NCBI GenBank assembly: GCA_030141605.1
Contig: JAQGDQ010000080.1
Span: 124,001 to 188,000 of the forward strand
DNA length: 64,000 bases
DNA from: Tubiluchus corallicola
Lineage: Eukaryota > Animalia > Priapulida
Direction: 5' to 3'
Part shown: piece by piece, positions 1 through 13,996 of the stretch
How the letters are laid out: every line of letters starts with the position of its first letter
How positions within the stretch are numbered: position 1 is the first letter of the stretch
Translations under genes and position numbers: made by a program
Notes under the pieces: generated by a model
Database searches by the model: none
Told to the model about the DNA's origin: nothing
What the model saw: only the letters and a program-made list of their open reading frames with translations

Positions 1-3000
1 GTACACAAATACGTACACTGTATACGCATAGTTTATATGGCTATATATATTGTGGCATATAAATACATAATATGTATGTCTAGGAGAATAAATTGCTTAT
101 ATATTTATTCTGTAACATATTGACATGTAGCACAAGATACGTATCAAAATACTTCTGCCCCAAATCATTACTCACGCGTTGAATAATCCTAATTAGGCTT
201 TTTATAGATTTCTCTGAATCTACTTTGTTATACACCCAAGACGAACTTACGCGTGATTCTGAATGGGCAGCACACAAATAATTTGTTATACATACCTTAT
301 TGATCGAACGACTTCGCGCGCTCATTATAACAAACGTGGCTGATTTACCTTAATTAACATCGATTAACTTCCTACATCATAATCACAGGGAAATAACTGA
401 TCCAAACTAGGTAGGCTTCTTTTACAGTGCGCTAAATGGCGAGAGAAAGGAAAAGAGGAAATACTGTAGCAATTCCAGGTAGACAGCGAAGCACTAATAC
501 TACTAAAATAACAATAAGAAAATAATTCACATATGTAACTATGTTTTAACGGTCATTGGTGATAATGACAATCGATTATACTAAGGCGATTCATTATCAT
601 CTCTTGACTTGAGATCGTTATTCATGTAATGCTGGACCGACGGTTTATTTCTAGGGCTGTACACACACGATAGTTAGGTCGCAGGTGGCCGATAGCGAAC
701 ACATGATTACTTTGCAGAATTTACCTCATCAATACATATCAGCACAATCGGCGGTTGAGTCCTCATGGTTGCGTTCCATGCTCTGCATATAAATGTAATA
801 TGGAGGATGGGTGTGTGGTGTTAACTTGTCATAGTAATTATCATGATAATAAAAGTATTGTTATCTGGTATGACGCATTTATGGCTTTCATTATCAGAAC
901 AATCAAATGATAAGCGAAAAAGCAGAAGGGAAAGAGGTGCAAAGTGCAGCCAAGAAGGGAAATTATGCGTATTCTTATCGAAGCCATCGAAAGAGGCGGT
1001 TTATACGATTCAATTTTTAAATACCTCGTATGTACAAACATTACTTGCAAAATACACTGCTGCAAAACTTGCGAAAAACATTACCAGCGGCGATTCAAAA
1101 ATAAATGCTACAGGCTACTCCAATAAAAAATTAAGGGACTGTGACCATTATCAAGCGATACGACGTATAATAGTTAAATCTTGCAGAGACGAGGTGATTT
1201 AAAATTAGGTCCTACACCAGTTTTTCGGATGCGCCTCTATAAATTCCGAAAAATCTCACGTTTGGATCAACAAGGTATAACCTCACCTGCAATGTGCGGA
1301 ATGAAGTCATTAAAATAACAATCTGATAAGGGAAACCAATGATGTGTACGTAAACAGATAACTGATGAGTCATTGAAGAGAAATTAACATAATTTTTTGC
1401 CAAACGCATTTTATATTCACTGCATGCTACGGCTTTGCGGTGGTCCATTAGCTTTAAACAAATGGTCGTGTTGCAGCCAACTGACAGCCACCGAGTGATA
1501 GTGGCCAGGCTTATAGAGAGTTAATCAGCAAACTGGGGCACTGATTTGGCTGCTAACAAATCAATAAAATCATGTCAAGCTAAACAAAACATTTGCTTCG
1601 AATGCACGTCAATTTGTTCGTGCCATAAGCATAACATTCAGAAATTAAAAGCGACGGTTGCTATAACACGATTGCGACGAAATGCACGACAGAGTTATAC
1701 ACCACTGTAAATACAAGTGCTACTCACTATAAGGAGAAAGAAATGCTGCGTTAAACACTGGTTATTACGAAGTTTTAAACAGGGAGTTGCCACAAGGGCT
1801 TCAGGCCAGGACAGAATTAGGCAGTAGAAAAGTTCTGAATCTGCAGCATATCTGAATATTTAATATTTTTATTAAAACGATGTTTTCTGTGCTGTGGAGG
1901 GGAATTACGTATCCTACATGTAGCAGCTATAAAAAATTAACATGTATGACAAATAAAGTGGACAGAGAAGTCAAATAACTTATATGAATACTAATGGACA
2001 TAATACTGAATGATTATGGGGAATTCTTCAGGTTTAACTAGCTGAAACGCATTTTGTTTGCCATGTTACTATCACATACTAGCTAGCTTAGCAACTAACA
2101 GCCTAATCATAAACTCTTGGAAAATCTTTATTTTGATATACATACAAACCTATAATATATATGAAAGAGCAGCAGTGGCGCCTTGGGGAATCTTACTAGG
2201 CACCAGCGATCGATGGCAGGAGTTAAAATGTTTTAGGTTCTTTGCATGCGTGTATCCACCAAACCATTCACCTTTTGTGATTCATCCATTGGTGTTGTAG
2301 GTCGTCGGTCATACAATATCACGTTAATGATGATCTCAATTTCCATGACAGATTCTAGAATTTGTCGGCAGTGAAACAACGTACCCTGCATCAAGCAAAT
2401 CATACTGCTAAGACCAGCTAAAACACTTTGCTAGGGCAAATTAGATTTGAATTAATAAAAAGGAAATGCATTGTTGGATACCAATACATTCAATCAAAAA
2501 GCAGATTCATGTAAATTAAAGCGTGACTCATGCCCCAAACATGACAGAAGATAAACAAGTCGGAGTAGTTATTGACTGTAATGAGTGTAATGACAAGCTC
2601 AGTAAGTTCATATCACGCTTATTCCATTCAAAAAGCATAAGTATAACCAGATGATAATCGAAACTTATGCCAAATCGAAGATGCAGTAAAAACAAGTTCT
2701 TCGGCGGTTGATTTTTACTTACCTGATTGGAAAATCTGGTTGAAGAACTTGTTGATAATATTAGTAAAAAATATAGAAGTGATCCGTGAATACCACAAAA
2801 ATCCAGAGTGGAGGGCCCATAGAGGGCAATTCGAGGCGGTGACGGACAATCGTAAAAGAGTTTCTGTTTTACATCTCAGACTCTAAAGTTTCACATATTT
2901 TGTCAACGCCAGCGATGCAGATAGGCTGTTTACACAAGGACACGGCTCAAACACAAATATTATTATGGAAACTTTCTAAAGGAACACTTGGGGCATATCT

Positions 3001-3420
3001 CTATTCAGCATGTACCAGCAGGGTATAGAACCGAACGTCAAAAACTGAAATGCGAATATTTGTACAAACTCAAGTTCCTTGTAGCAACAATTAGACTATG
3101 CGTCCACAAACATCAGAAATGCACTAGCTTTTTCTGTATGTGTTTGACGGAGGGCTTTGTTCAAAGACGGTTGTATTTCAATGTGTGAACAGTGATACTG
3201 TGAAGTCTGTTAAACAGTGACATAAAACTTCTGAAACTTATAAAATCCTTGACAAGAAACTACCTAACTCTTATAAAAGATGTTACGCTTGCTCGCAATT
3301 CAGAAACAAAGTGTGTTTAAAATAATTGGATTACGGTCACCAAACATTATCAAAAATATTACAACTGTTAAAACATAACAGTCCAAGAGCCCCTTGAAGA
3401 AATTATCTCCTCAACATTAT

Positions 3421-3836
3421 TTTTGACCACGCATACCGTAGGTTTGGGTGTGGCATTTTACAAATGACTACCCGTTCATCATGGGAGCGGAGCTTTCAGG
3501 GGGTATACACCTCACGGGAGCTAGGTTTTCGGGAAGGCGTTTAGCATGAAGTATGCTTGACCTCGTTAGTGTTCGGCGAAATTGTGATTTAATCTAATCT
3601 AATTCTAGGGTATGTCAATATGTGATAATGTGAGGATGTTGTGTTTTAATTAATGCAAGCTTCGTGCCTACGATATTTATATGCAGTGGTCAAAAACCAT
3701 GTTCGTGATGATTATATATGCCTTTTGGAAGGGTACCTACTTTAGAGTGTATTCTCTGAAAACCCCAATCCCATGACAAACGGGTAGTCATTTGTGGAAT
3801 GCAAGATTCATACCTACAATATGCAGTGGCTGAAAA
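3421..3836. repeat. Foldback element with about 90-bp inverted arms
   Basis: 3421-3510 versus 3747-3836; perfect 17-bp core ACAAATGACTACCCGTT / AACGGGTAGTCATTTGT. Confidence 0.8.
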
Positions 3837-5572
3837 TCGGGTTTCTGATGAGGCGGTTATTTCGTCCCGTGCTCTTAGGCCATTAGGAAACTATTGTGCA
3901 GGATTATACATCTTAACAGAACGCAAGACATTATACTAGGCGGATTTATAATAACAGATAGTATACTTTACTTCGTTACCGTGTAACATTATGCAGTTAG
4001 CTGATTTAATTAAATTAAGAATTGTAGTGTTTATGTATCAATGCAATAATAGACTATTTCCTAAGTTTTTTTGCAAATCCAGTAAAATTAGCATCTAAGA
4101 GACATAATACGAGATATAATCAATACATTGTGCCGTTATGTAGAACCAACATAACTAAACATTTTAAATTTCAATGACCATAGTCTGGAATGAGATTTGT
4201 TAATCTACAAAAATAGCAGATTCATTACTACATTTAAAAATACTAAAAAATTAAATTTTGAGTAAATACTATTGAGTAGTCAAAGTTTCTATCAGTATCC
4301 ATTTTCACAGTAGCTGCAAAACAGTCCAGGTATCGCGTGTGCCTAATATTACGACAAATATTCTAACAAATAATAGTCTTTCTCTCTTTTATATCATCCC
4401 ATATATGAGCTTCATTCATTGTATCATTCCTAAATGTTTTTCTTTGTCACGTGATTCGCCTCATAATTTTTAGCTTATATTCATTACTTTCTTTTTACTT
4501 TCACAGGGTGGGGCAATCTAACAAGCCCTGCTTTTTGAATGCCCTGCAACACATTTACATTTATTATAGGCAAACATGTGAGGTTTTTCTTTTTCAGAAA
4601 CAATAAAAAATTAAATTGTACTATGTTCACCGTAGGCCCTTTCACCTTTGTTTTGAACACAAAATTGTTGTAAAGGCGTTATATGAAATAAATGACTTAT
4701 GACTCATAGAATTCTCAAATAGTTTAACACTCAGGTCCACCCTATATTTCATGTCGTCAAAGTTTCACCGAAATTAAATTGTTGTTTCAATTTTAAAATT
4801 TTATCATGTTTCAGCGCTGGAGTGTTAGTCACTATAAAGCTGACACATTAAAATGGTTGCTTAATCTTTCTAAAAGCGTCAGGCCCTCAGAGACACTAAT
4901 AGTGCACTTAATTATTTAACATCCGTTAAGACAAGAAAAGTTCTTTTTTCTCATGTGGTTTGAAGAGCGGAACAATGGGTCAGACCAATTTTTACAACAT
5001 CCCACCTACTAAATCGCTTTCTCCTAATCAGGGAATGGAAAGCAGCTTTCTACCATCACTTTGACATGGATTTTATTTATATTTAAGCGTTTATGAATGA
5101 AAGAGGTGTAAAAAAGATTTTTGTGCCACATTATTTAGTAGATCGCCAAATCGTGCGTTAAAAATGCTCACTTTCCACGACCAATACTCCAAGAAACTTA
5201 ACCTTTTCCTACGACAACTCTGCTGTCTTTTACACGTGTAACATTTCATTTCTACACATAGTTTTCTAAGAAAACATTCAAGTTCTGAGGCGGAAATCTC
5301 TGAAATTGCTTTGATGTGGTGCAGACAAATATTTTGACAAGTTTATCGAGATAAAATACATGATAAAATTAAAGCCAATACGCGTTGTCTTTGAGCTCTG
5401 ACAAATACATGAACTGTGTGAAATCGATCAATCATTTATTGATAATCAGTCAAAACGTTATTTTTTAATTTTTGGCTAATTTATTTGTACCGATTATATA
5501 CCAGGTGATTATACTAGACGCGCACATAAAATTTATCAAAGATTTCTCTTAAGTAAACAAAAGGTCAAAAAC

Positions 5573-5818
5573 AAATCGTGATTACACGAAATGTGCTAAT
5601 TTGCTCGCAAAAGACTGTTGCAAAGTTTAATCTTAAAAGTTTTGGTTAACAACTTCGCAAAAATTGCTACATGAAATTAGGTCTGGATGGAAAAAAAATC
5701 GTGATTATATGAAATTTGCTAATTTGTTCGCCAAAACTATTGCAAAGTTCAATCTTAAAAGTTTTGGTTAACAAATTCGCAACATTTGCGACATGAAATT
5801 AGGTCTGGATGGAAAAAA
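5573..5818 (+). repeat. Tandem duplication, about 122-bp unit x2
   Basis: AAATCGTGATTA...ACATGAAATTAGGTCTGGATGGAAAAAA occurs twice with scattered substitutions. Confidence 0.9.
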
Positions 5819-8800
5819 TGATTATTTTGTGCTTATCTTCACACTTTTATTCTTCTAGTATCCGGATTTTGCTTTTTTGCCAAAATTCTGATGATACAAC
5901 CTTGGAAAATTCGGCCTGACACAAATCACACGACCTTGCGAGCCGACCTTTTTCTGTCACATTTCTTTCAAATTGTATGTATAAGATCTTAATACAGCTT
6001 TCAATAGAAGATTTCACACTTGAGCATGCTGTTGCTCTGTAGCTTCCTGTGTGGTAAACTACTTTCAGATTTGCCTTAAACATTGTTGCTGCGTGTCGAA
6101 ATTAATTTATAAAGGTTGTAACTATATATACAAGGTTTTGCAAGGATGCTTATAAGACTATTTTGCAAAACAATTGTTTTTCTGTCGCCCCAGGTTAGAG
6201 GCTTCTAAAACTACTAGTGTTTAATAATTGTGATTGTTCATATCCATTACAACTTGCTGCCACACTAATTTATACAGTTTTATTGACATTTTACTAACTT
6301 ACTGGGAACTGAGACATATGTTTTAGTCTTTCACATTCCGAACGTTGACTCGTGGGAACACTGGCCACCTGGTAAAGTGTCACAGTGTCTCAGATTGTTA
6401 GACATTTTTCTTTATGTCCTGCATGATTGAATACGAAGACATTTTTCGAAAATTGTTAAAATATGTCGCATAGTTAGGAGGGTTTTAGTCGCTTTCATTC
6501 TTATTTTACTTATTCTGCTGTTATTTGAATATTTCCCCAGTTTTACGATTTTAAATGATTTAGGGTGAGCAGTCACGGCGTGTGCTTAACGAAGTTAAAT
6601 TACATGAAAACACTCTTCATAAATAAAGCTTAAAAATTCGTCTTGAAATTTTGTATCGTTGATATGGTGTTCTTACAGCATACAGAACTTGCATTAGCAG
6701 TAAAGCTGTGTGAAACATGTAATTTAAAAACCCGCAATGACCGTTGGTGAGCTTATTGCACATTTAAGAATCACAGTGAGTGATACCCATGATACCCATG
6801 ATTAAAAAGTGATTGATCCCGGCTTGCAGAATGTCGAGCCGTATACAAGGTAATAAAAAGGCGGCTGTTGAATACCTATATTGTCATAAAAGTGCTCATT
6901 CATTATAAAGTACAGCACTATACATTGATTGCATTTACAGTATACTATTAGCAAATCGACATTTCTTTGATTTTTAACAAAAACGTAATTTATTGTCAGT
7001 GTGTAGGTGTACTCTGTAAACGTGAAGGTCTATTCACTGCATAGAATCATCAGACTGATTATATTGTTACATGCATTAAATTAGGCAATTTTGGCTAATA
7101 TCATACAGTGGCTAATGTCGGACAATGGCTTCACGCTTTATTAAAAAAGTAAAAATAACAAAGTAGTATAACACTATTTTTCTTTAATAATAGAAGGAGA
7201 AGAAAAAAATTAGTCAGTGTACGACATTAGCCCATTTTACTTTATATACCCAATGTTCAAGCATTTCATGTACAAGAAGCCATTTGTTCACATATTTGAA
7301 ATGTAAAGATTTACTTAGAAATGAACGACTGATATTACGTTGTTTTGTTTAATGATAACAATTGCAATAGATGGCTTTCCTTAGAACACAAGGTATTATG
7401 ACCATAATCAACGCAACGGTAGTATAGAACAAAGTATATAAAGGAATAAGTAATATCGAGGTTTTTTGTGACAAACTGGCAATAGTAAGTAAAGCTTTTA
7501 TTGCAAGCATTGCTCATATAACAACAGTTAGTATAACAATATAACATAATACAATACAATAACAGCTAGTATACAAGACAATAATTACAATAACACAATT
7601 ACTATTTACAAATAGTAGATTTAATTGTTTGTTATGTATAGCTTTGAATAAAACAAACAGTCACTATTTACAATACCGCTCAACAATTGTAGCTTTTTTA
7701 GTCTCTGTCACTGCTATTGTGATATGTATGCATGTGCATGTGTGTGTGATCAAAGCGCACTTTTGTCTAGAAGGCACTATATTGTTGTAACGTAGATAAA
7801 TCCGTCTTAAGTAATTCTTATTTATTGAAAAGAGAAGCTAGGCTATGGAAAGCTGAAAAAAACTCACAGATTGGCTTTGCGCAGGAATTCAATCAAGCAT
7901 CAGATAAAATCAATGAGGTTGCTATCAAGACTGCCGACAAGAAACGTGTTACGCAGAACTACAGGCAAAAAGTTTAATTGCCCATATAACGGGGCAAGGC
8001 AGAAGAACGAGAATTATTTCAAGAGAATTTTTTAAATGTGCAATAAAAAATCGTATGGGCAATAAAACTGAATGAAGCTGACGATGCTGCAGCTGCTGCC
8101 CGAGCTGCTCGCCTGTAAAATTAAATGTTTAATAGCTGGTGGACAAAGTTGGATGATGCTAATTGGTAATTTAACTGCTTGTTTTACGAGAAAGTTTTCG
8201 CTGCATGTTAACTGTTATCGAATCAAAAGTCAAGTCTACCGCAGGGCATTTCAAAAATGGTATAGGAAGTTACTCTGATACTAAAGGTCAAACACTTTCA
8301 AACAGAAACTTTGACAAAAGGAAAAAAGTAAGAGGTAAGGCAGTTCGCACATGCAATTTCAAATTCACTCAACTGCTTATATATCAATTAATATTTTACG
8401 GTGCTTCATGTTTCGCGTTAGTTTTTATAAGCCACTGATCCGGTTATTTTTTTAAAACGTTTCATATTTGAATTAGCAAAAGCACAAACCTCTTATTGGT
8501 AAAGTTTTGACAAGTGGTAAGTGCTGTTCAAATAGCCGTAAAAGTTGCTGTGCTGTAAAAGTTAAACTTACATTAAGCATTTCTGTGAGCCTGAAGAGTG
8601 TATTCTACAGAGATTATGACGTAACTTTGACAAAGAAAACCAGTCGTTTTGCAGGTGAATGTATAATAATTTCAACGTAACAAAAGAAACCTATTGCAGC
8701 AGAAAAAAACACTAGACAACTAAAGAATTGCTAAAATAATACATCGCAAATATGTTGATTTCTCATAACTGCCACAAGTACCATTGTCCAATAATGTATC

Positions 8801-9017
8801 ACTAGCATAGGTATCGCAAAACTGCATAAGAATCTTTTATAGAATTGATTAGAAATTTGCTGAATCATATACGCGCTGCGTCAAGGTAAACGATGTTAAC
8901 AAAATATTACTAGTAGCCTGTGAAAGATTAAGACAATATAATATAAATACGTAAGTGATTTCGAATATTACGCCTTGATCATCGGCCTGCAAATATAGGC
9001 TTAGAAAGCACAAATGT

Positions 9018-9162
9018 AACCGGACGCCATTGCATTTCTTGCGGGTTTTGGAGCTCGCTTGTGCTCATTCTATTGCTGTCTTTTCTAGATGTGGTGTCAT
9101 CCTCATCAGTTTACCTTTGTAACCCTTGTGCACGTCGGGGCGAAATGCAATGACGTCCGGTT
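9018..9162. repeat. Small MITE-like inverted repeat
   Basis: AACCGGACGCCATTGCATTTC / GAAATGCAATGACGTCCGGTT, 20 of 21 positions complementary. Confidence 0.75.
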
Positions 9163-10510
9163 TCTCAAACTGCGGTTGTAAACATAGTAACGAAGTTAAC
9201 AGGGAGAGAGCAAAAGCAAAAATGCCAAAAATCATAGCCGTACAAATTAGTTATGTTGCTAATAGGATCCAGATTTAAGTATTCTAGTTTCTTGGAGTAT
9301 TTGATTCTGTGCAGTTTCTAATTAGAGACGAACCATAATCAACTCTCGTCCATGATTAGTACTGATTACTCAGATGTTGGCCGATTCATTATAATGTTTG
9401 CAAATGCACGTGAGCCTGTTTAGTTGAGTACACAGAACAGAGTCATATTATCCAGACTACAATAGGTTTCCAATGCCCACAATTGACAGATTTCGGGAGA
9501 AATATTTGCTTAGCTTTCCAGTACGCTGATTAAATTTTCTATAAGTTACACCTGTCGACTTTTCCATGGACCCTTGGCATCCGCTTTCAAAACCCAGAGC
9601 CTCCTATTCTTAGCATGGCAAACCTTTCTAGTGTCTTATAAAGCATGTTGGGGTGCATCCTGCCTTAGGCTACAATTTATAGCCAAACTTAAAAGTGGTG
9701 TACATCAAGCTTTTATTACCGGCACTGAGGTGTGGACAAAGCCATAATTTATAGCATGTTAAAGCACCTGTCAACAGAAAGCTAAAAATACATAAATTGT
9801 GTGTGTTAATGAAGAAAACGCAAAACAAGTGCGTGTAGCAGCCATTTGGTATGAGCGTCTACGGATTTCTGTATTTTCTCTAATTACGAAGTATTTCAGT
9901 TATAAGACACCTGCTCAGTTGGTTGTCAGGGGCAACAATGATGCAACGCTAAGGCAGCTCGATAACGCTTGTTTCCAGTTTCACATTAAAATCTAGCTAG
10001 AAGTTCGTTTAACAGATATCACATATCTATAAGTAAAAGCTAACAAATAGTAACGCATTAATTTTGTAATGAAAATTTAGTTTTTGAAGGACGTTCAAAT
10101 AATGTTGTATTGCATCTGATCAGTGTTTGTTCAACCTTTTCTAATTTTACTGAGGGCTTCATGTTTTATACAGACGAAAGGTATTTTAAAATCTGCTTAC
10201 CGGTCGCTAAAACCCCTAACAAAACCATTTGCACAAAGCTGTGAGTGACGATAGGCCGCTTTAGCTAAACGAAATAGCATACCATTGTGACAAACAGCAC
10301 GAAGGGACAAAATATTGTTGAGAGACTGAGTGAAGTAGAGAGGTTATGAAGTTTAAGTAGAGAAATGCAGTGTTAGATCATAAGATGCACTGCAACATGA
10401 AAAGCATTGAATGGTGCAAAAGCAAACACGTTAATTTTATTGTAGTAGTATCATAAACGGGTGTGTTAACATGATACATAGCATAATTCAGATATTCACT
10501 ATGTCTTGTA

Positions 10511-10588
10511 CTTTGTTGTACAAGCTTACGGCATTTGACCTCTGTTCAACTTTGTTGTACAAGCTTACGGCATTTGACCTCTGTTCAA
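10511..10588 (+). repeat. Perfect 39-bp tandem duplication
   Basis: CTTTGTTGTACAAGCTTACGGCATTTGACCTCTGTTCAA x2. Confidence 0.95.
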
Positions 10589-13467
10589 CGTCATCCACCG
10601 TAAAACAGCGTACAACCACTAAGCGGGAAAATTCAACGTGGTTCTGCTAGCGGAGAAAAAAACGAAAGCAGACCTGTGCCACTTACTGAAGAAAAACTCG
10701 CCAGTGTTCATGAACGTCGAACCACGACTTTGACAGAAAATCGGTGAAGCACAGATGCCGGTCGTGATAAGAGACGCTCGACTTCTGCTTAATGTCACCG
10801 AGTCGTGAGATTGAAGTTTACACTTGCCTTTTGTTATAGGCAATTAGGCTTTCTTACGTCGAACTTTTTAAAAAACAAACTCTTAAAAATGATTTCTGTT
10901 TAATATCTGTTTTTAGATAAATATTATACTTTTACGAGTTTAACGTTTGGAAGTCCAAACGAACCCTACCTTAAGAGATTCAGTTCGATTAAAACGTTAT
11001 TTACTTGAACGACGACTCTTGTTTCTCCATGCAAAGATAACGTACACATGATAATAGACCATGATTAAATTCCAATTACTTCCTCATACTAATAATTATT
11101 ATTTCGCTGCGGCAGGCAAATAGCTCAAGCAAGACCGTGAAGTGAAAAATATTTACGGTCTAATGGCTCGTTGGTTACTGAAAGAAAGCTCCTCTAATAT
11201 GGCTGTATTTAAGAATTTGTCACACGTTGCATACATGCGAGCAAACAACATTTGCTAAGAACGTATGGTGCTCAGGCGTTCTTGCTATTTTATAATATGA
11301 ATGACAAATTATTGAATTATCAGAGTTTCAAAATGTTATGAATACAGCACATGTTCATAAAGCTAAAAGAAACAGCTTATCCAATAAAACAAAGAACTCT
11401 TGTTTTTAACTATTGGAAAGTCATTAAGGACTTGTTTATTAACATGCCATACAGTAACAGTTGAAAGATTACTATCATTAGTTGAATTTCACAGTTGTGT
11501 CAACGTGTAAGCAAATGGAGGAAAATAATAAACACCAGAGAGGGACTGAAATGCCGTACAATCATCAATCAAAAGCATCTGCTGGTATTTCTCTCCTGAC
11601 ACACTGATCAAATTATAAAGCCTGGTATGATATCATGAATCACGTGCAATTATCTTCACCCATTGTGGATGACGTCATATACATGACTACATGCATGGCT
11701 TCAGTTTTTTACACGCGGTAGCAACTTTGCCTCTCAGCCAAACGGGCTTCTTTTCTTTAATTACGGTTACGACGGCAACCGCTCCCCTTTCATTCTATTT
11801 ATTTGTCTTCATTGCTTTCGGCGGAGGTTAAAACAGTTAGGCTGATTATACAGACCTAGAGGGAATCGGCTGTAATTTATTACAGCTGAAGCATTGATTT
11901 ACAGTCTTTACAATTTGAGGGATTTTGTTACAAGTGGCACGACTGAGTGGATTTTGTCCGCTCGTTGAATGCGATTACTCAATAAATTAGCAATTGCAGA
12001 AATGTCTTGAAAATTTATTGCCGCATGCATATGGAAGCAAGAATAGCAAATAAAGACGTTGAACAGATGAGTTTACAAAAAGCCCATTTCACAAGAAATT
12101 AGTTCACTTCTTCTGGAAATTAGTTCACTTCCCAGAAGAGAATTTGGTGTAGAGTGTGCATGACAGCGTGTCTAAGAAAGGGTTAGATATTTGTTAAGAT
12201 GTTTTGCCAAGCAGTCCCGCTGTCACGAGTTATACTTTGATTGACCAAAATATAGTAAAAATTAGCATATGAGTTCGTGTAAGACAGTATGAACAATGCT
12301 TTAGGTTTTTTCTCCTTATTTTTCTAGGAATACGATTACCCAAACAACAGGATTTTAAATAATAATAATAATAAACAAGAGATTGTATTATTTTCGATTC
12401 TCACAGAAAAGAAACTATGCCGGTGAATGAAATTCTTTTGTAGACAAACACGTAGCAAAGCAATAATGGTTAACGTGACAATATAGAAATGGTTCACATA
12501 GTCAATTCAAATGTTTCAAAAATCAACTGGATAAATCAAACGTATATAATTTAACATTGACTCAACTATACAATGGCTGGGCTCAGTAGAACTGTTAAGG
12601 GAGATGGATACCGTCAGCAATGCTCCTACTACGTACTCCCTCACGTATCGTACCACGCTTCCCACCACGTGCCAAATCACGTTTCCTATCACGTATCCAA
12701 TATGGCTTCCAGGACACGTCTGCCAAAACCATCGGCTCCTATGTCTCCCAAAAATGCTAACCGACTCCTCCAGACGGCACTGGACTGGATAATGTGATCC
12801 AGCAACTAAACTGGAACTCCATAAGAGGAAGAGTTTAAAGACAAGCATTCAGTATCGAAAACAACAGAGATGTTCTATACTGCATGGCTTCCATTAGCGT
12901 TACCATCAAGAAACACAATCGGAGATTTCTTGAATAAGCAAACTTGCTCCAAAGCCTCTCTAACCAATAACCAAATAGCCCATGAGGTGGCTTTCACTTT
13001 CGAGGCTTAAAAACACATGTTAAAAACAGAAAACTTGCTTTCAACAAAAATTAGCACTTTTACCTTGAGCTGCAAAACCAGATAGACAACAAAACTAGGC
13101 CAATACCAGGCCAGGCAGGTAAATTTGATCATGTGACCCAGGCTCTGGTCACTCAGGCCTGCAAAGTGCTTCCATCTAATGTTACAAAAACGTCAAAGGC
13201 GACAAAAATCACAAGTCGAATAAAAAATATTAACAATAATGGCAGCAATCAATGTTATACCAACAATAGCAATAAATTTTGGATTATCATAAAAAATAAA
13301 TTAATAGAGAATAAGTCAACCAATTATTAGTAGCGCATCCGCGCTAGACAGCTTAGGTCGCCACAGTGTGAAACACAGAAAAAAAATAAAAATTAAGGGA
13401 ACTCATGCTGTCATATGTGCAGTAAATCAGAACACTTTCTCAACAGAAATGCTAGCTTGAACCTTAA

Positions 13468-13996
13468 AGGAAAACAGGCTGATTTTTCATTTCTTACCCC
13501 GTTTGAAGTACGGCAAAAAGTATACATTTTAAGGGCTACAATAGTGCCAATGTTCTGGTTATTAAATAGTAGGTTAAAGGCTTAATTAATGGCCAGTGAT
13601 GGCATCATAACTGAACATAATTTCCAACAGCACAAGCGTACTATGACTGTGTTGCACGTGTTTGTGAAAGCGAAAATTGAAGTACAGTGCTAAACTACAA
13701 TATTTAGTATGTCATACAAAAACTTGGCAAATTTTCAGTTTAAAATTCAAATTTCAAGTTTATCAGTGTGCTCACGCATTAGCTTTCGAAAATGTGCACT
13801 TCGTCACAAATGAACACTTCTGCAATGAGAGGTACAGCTCCGGTTTTTTGTGCAATGCGTTTCTGAGATGCACGTGCTGGTGCGTATCTAACAAGCGAAT
13901 GGCAAAATGCTAACAGCGCAGAATTAGCAGCGCGCGAACGCGAAATTACCATTTCATGTTCACGTAAGTTTTTCTTGAAAAAACACTGTGTTCCCT
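13468..13996. mobile_element. Dispersed repeat, Kolobok/T2-MITE-like, copy 1
   Basis: Begins TTAA|AGGAAAACAGG and is colinear with 54176-54723 (shared AAATTGAAGTACAGTG, TGAGAGGTACAGC, GCGAATG). Confidence 0.72.

Noticed and set aside
843-1202. 119-aa ORF and overlapping Cys-rich 60-aa ORF
   Set aside because: No recognisable domain or splice context; consistent with chance ORFs or old TE sequence.
2600-2990. LINE ORF1 C-terminal remnant
   Set aside because: Similarity too faint to call.
9370-9520. Gypsy RT remnant (RFPMPTID)
   Set aside because: One short motif without neighbouring RT motifs in register.
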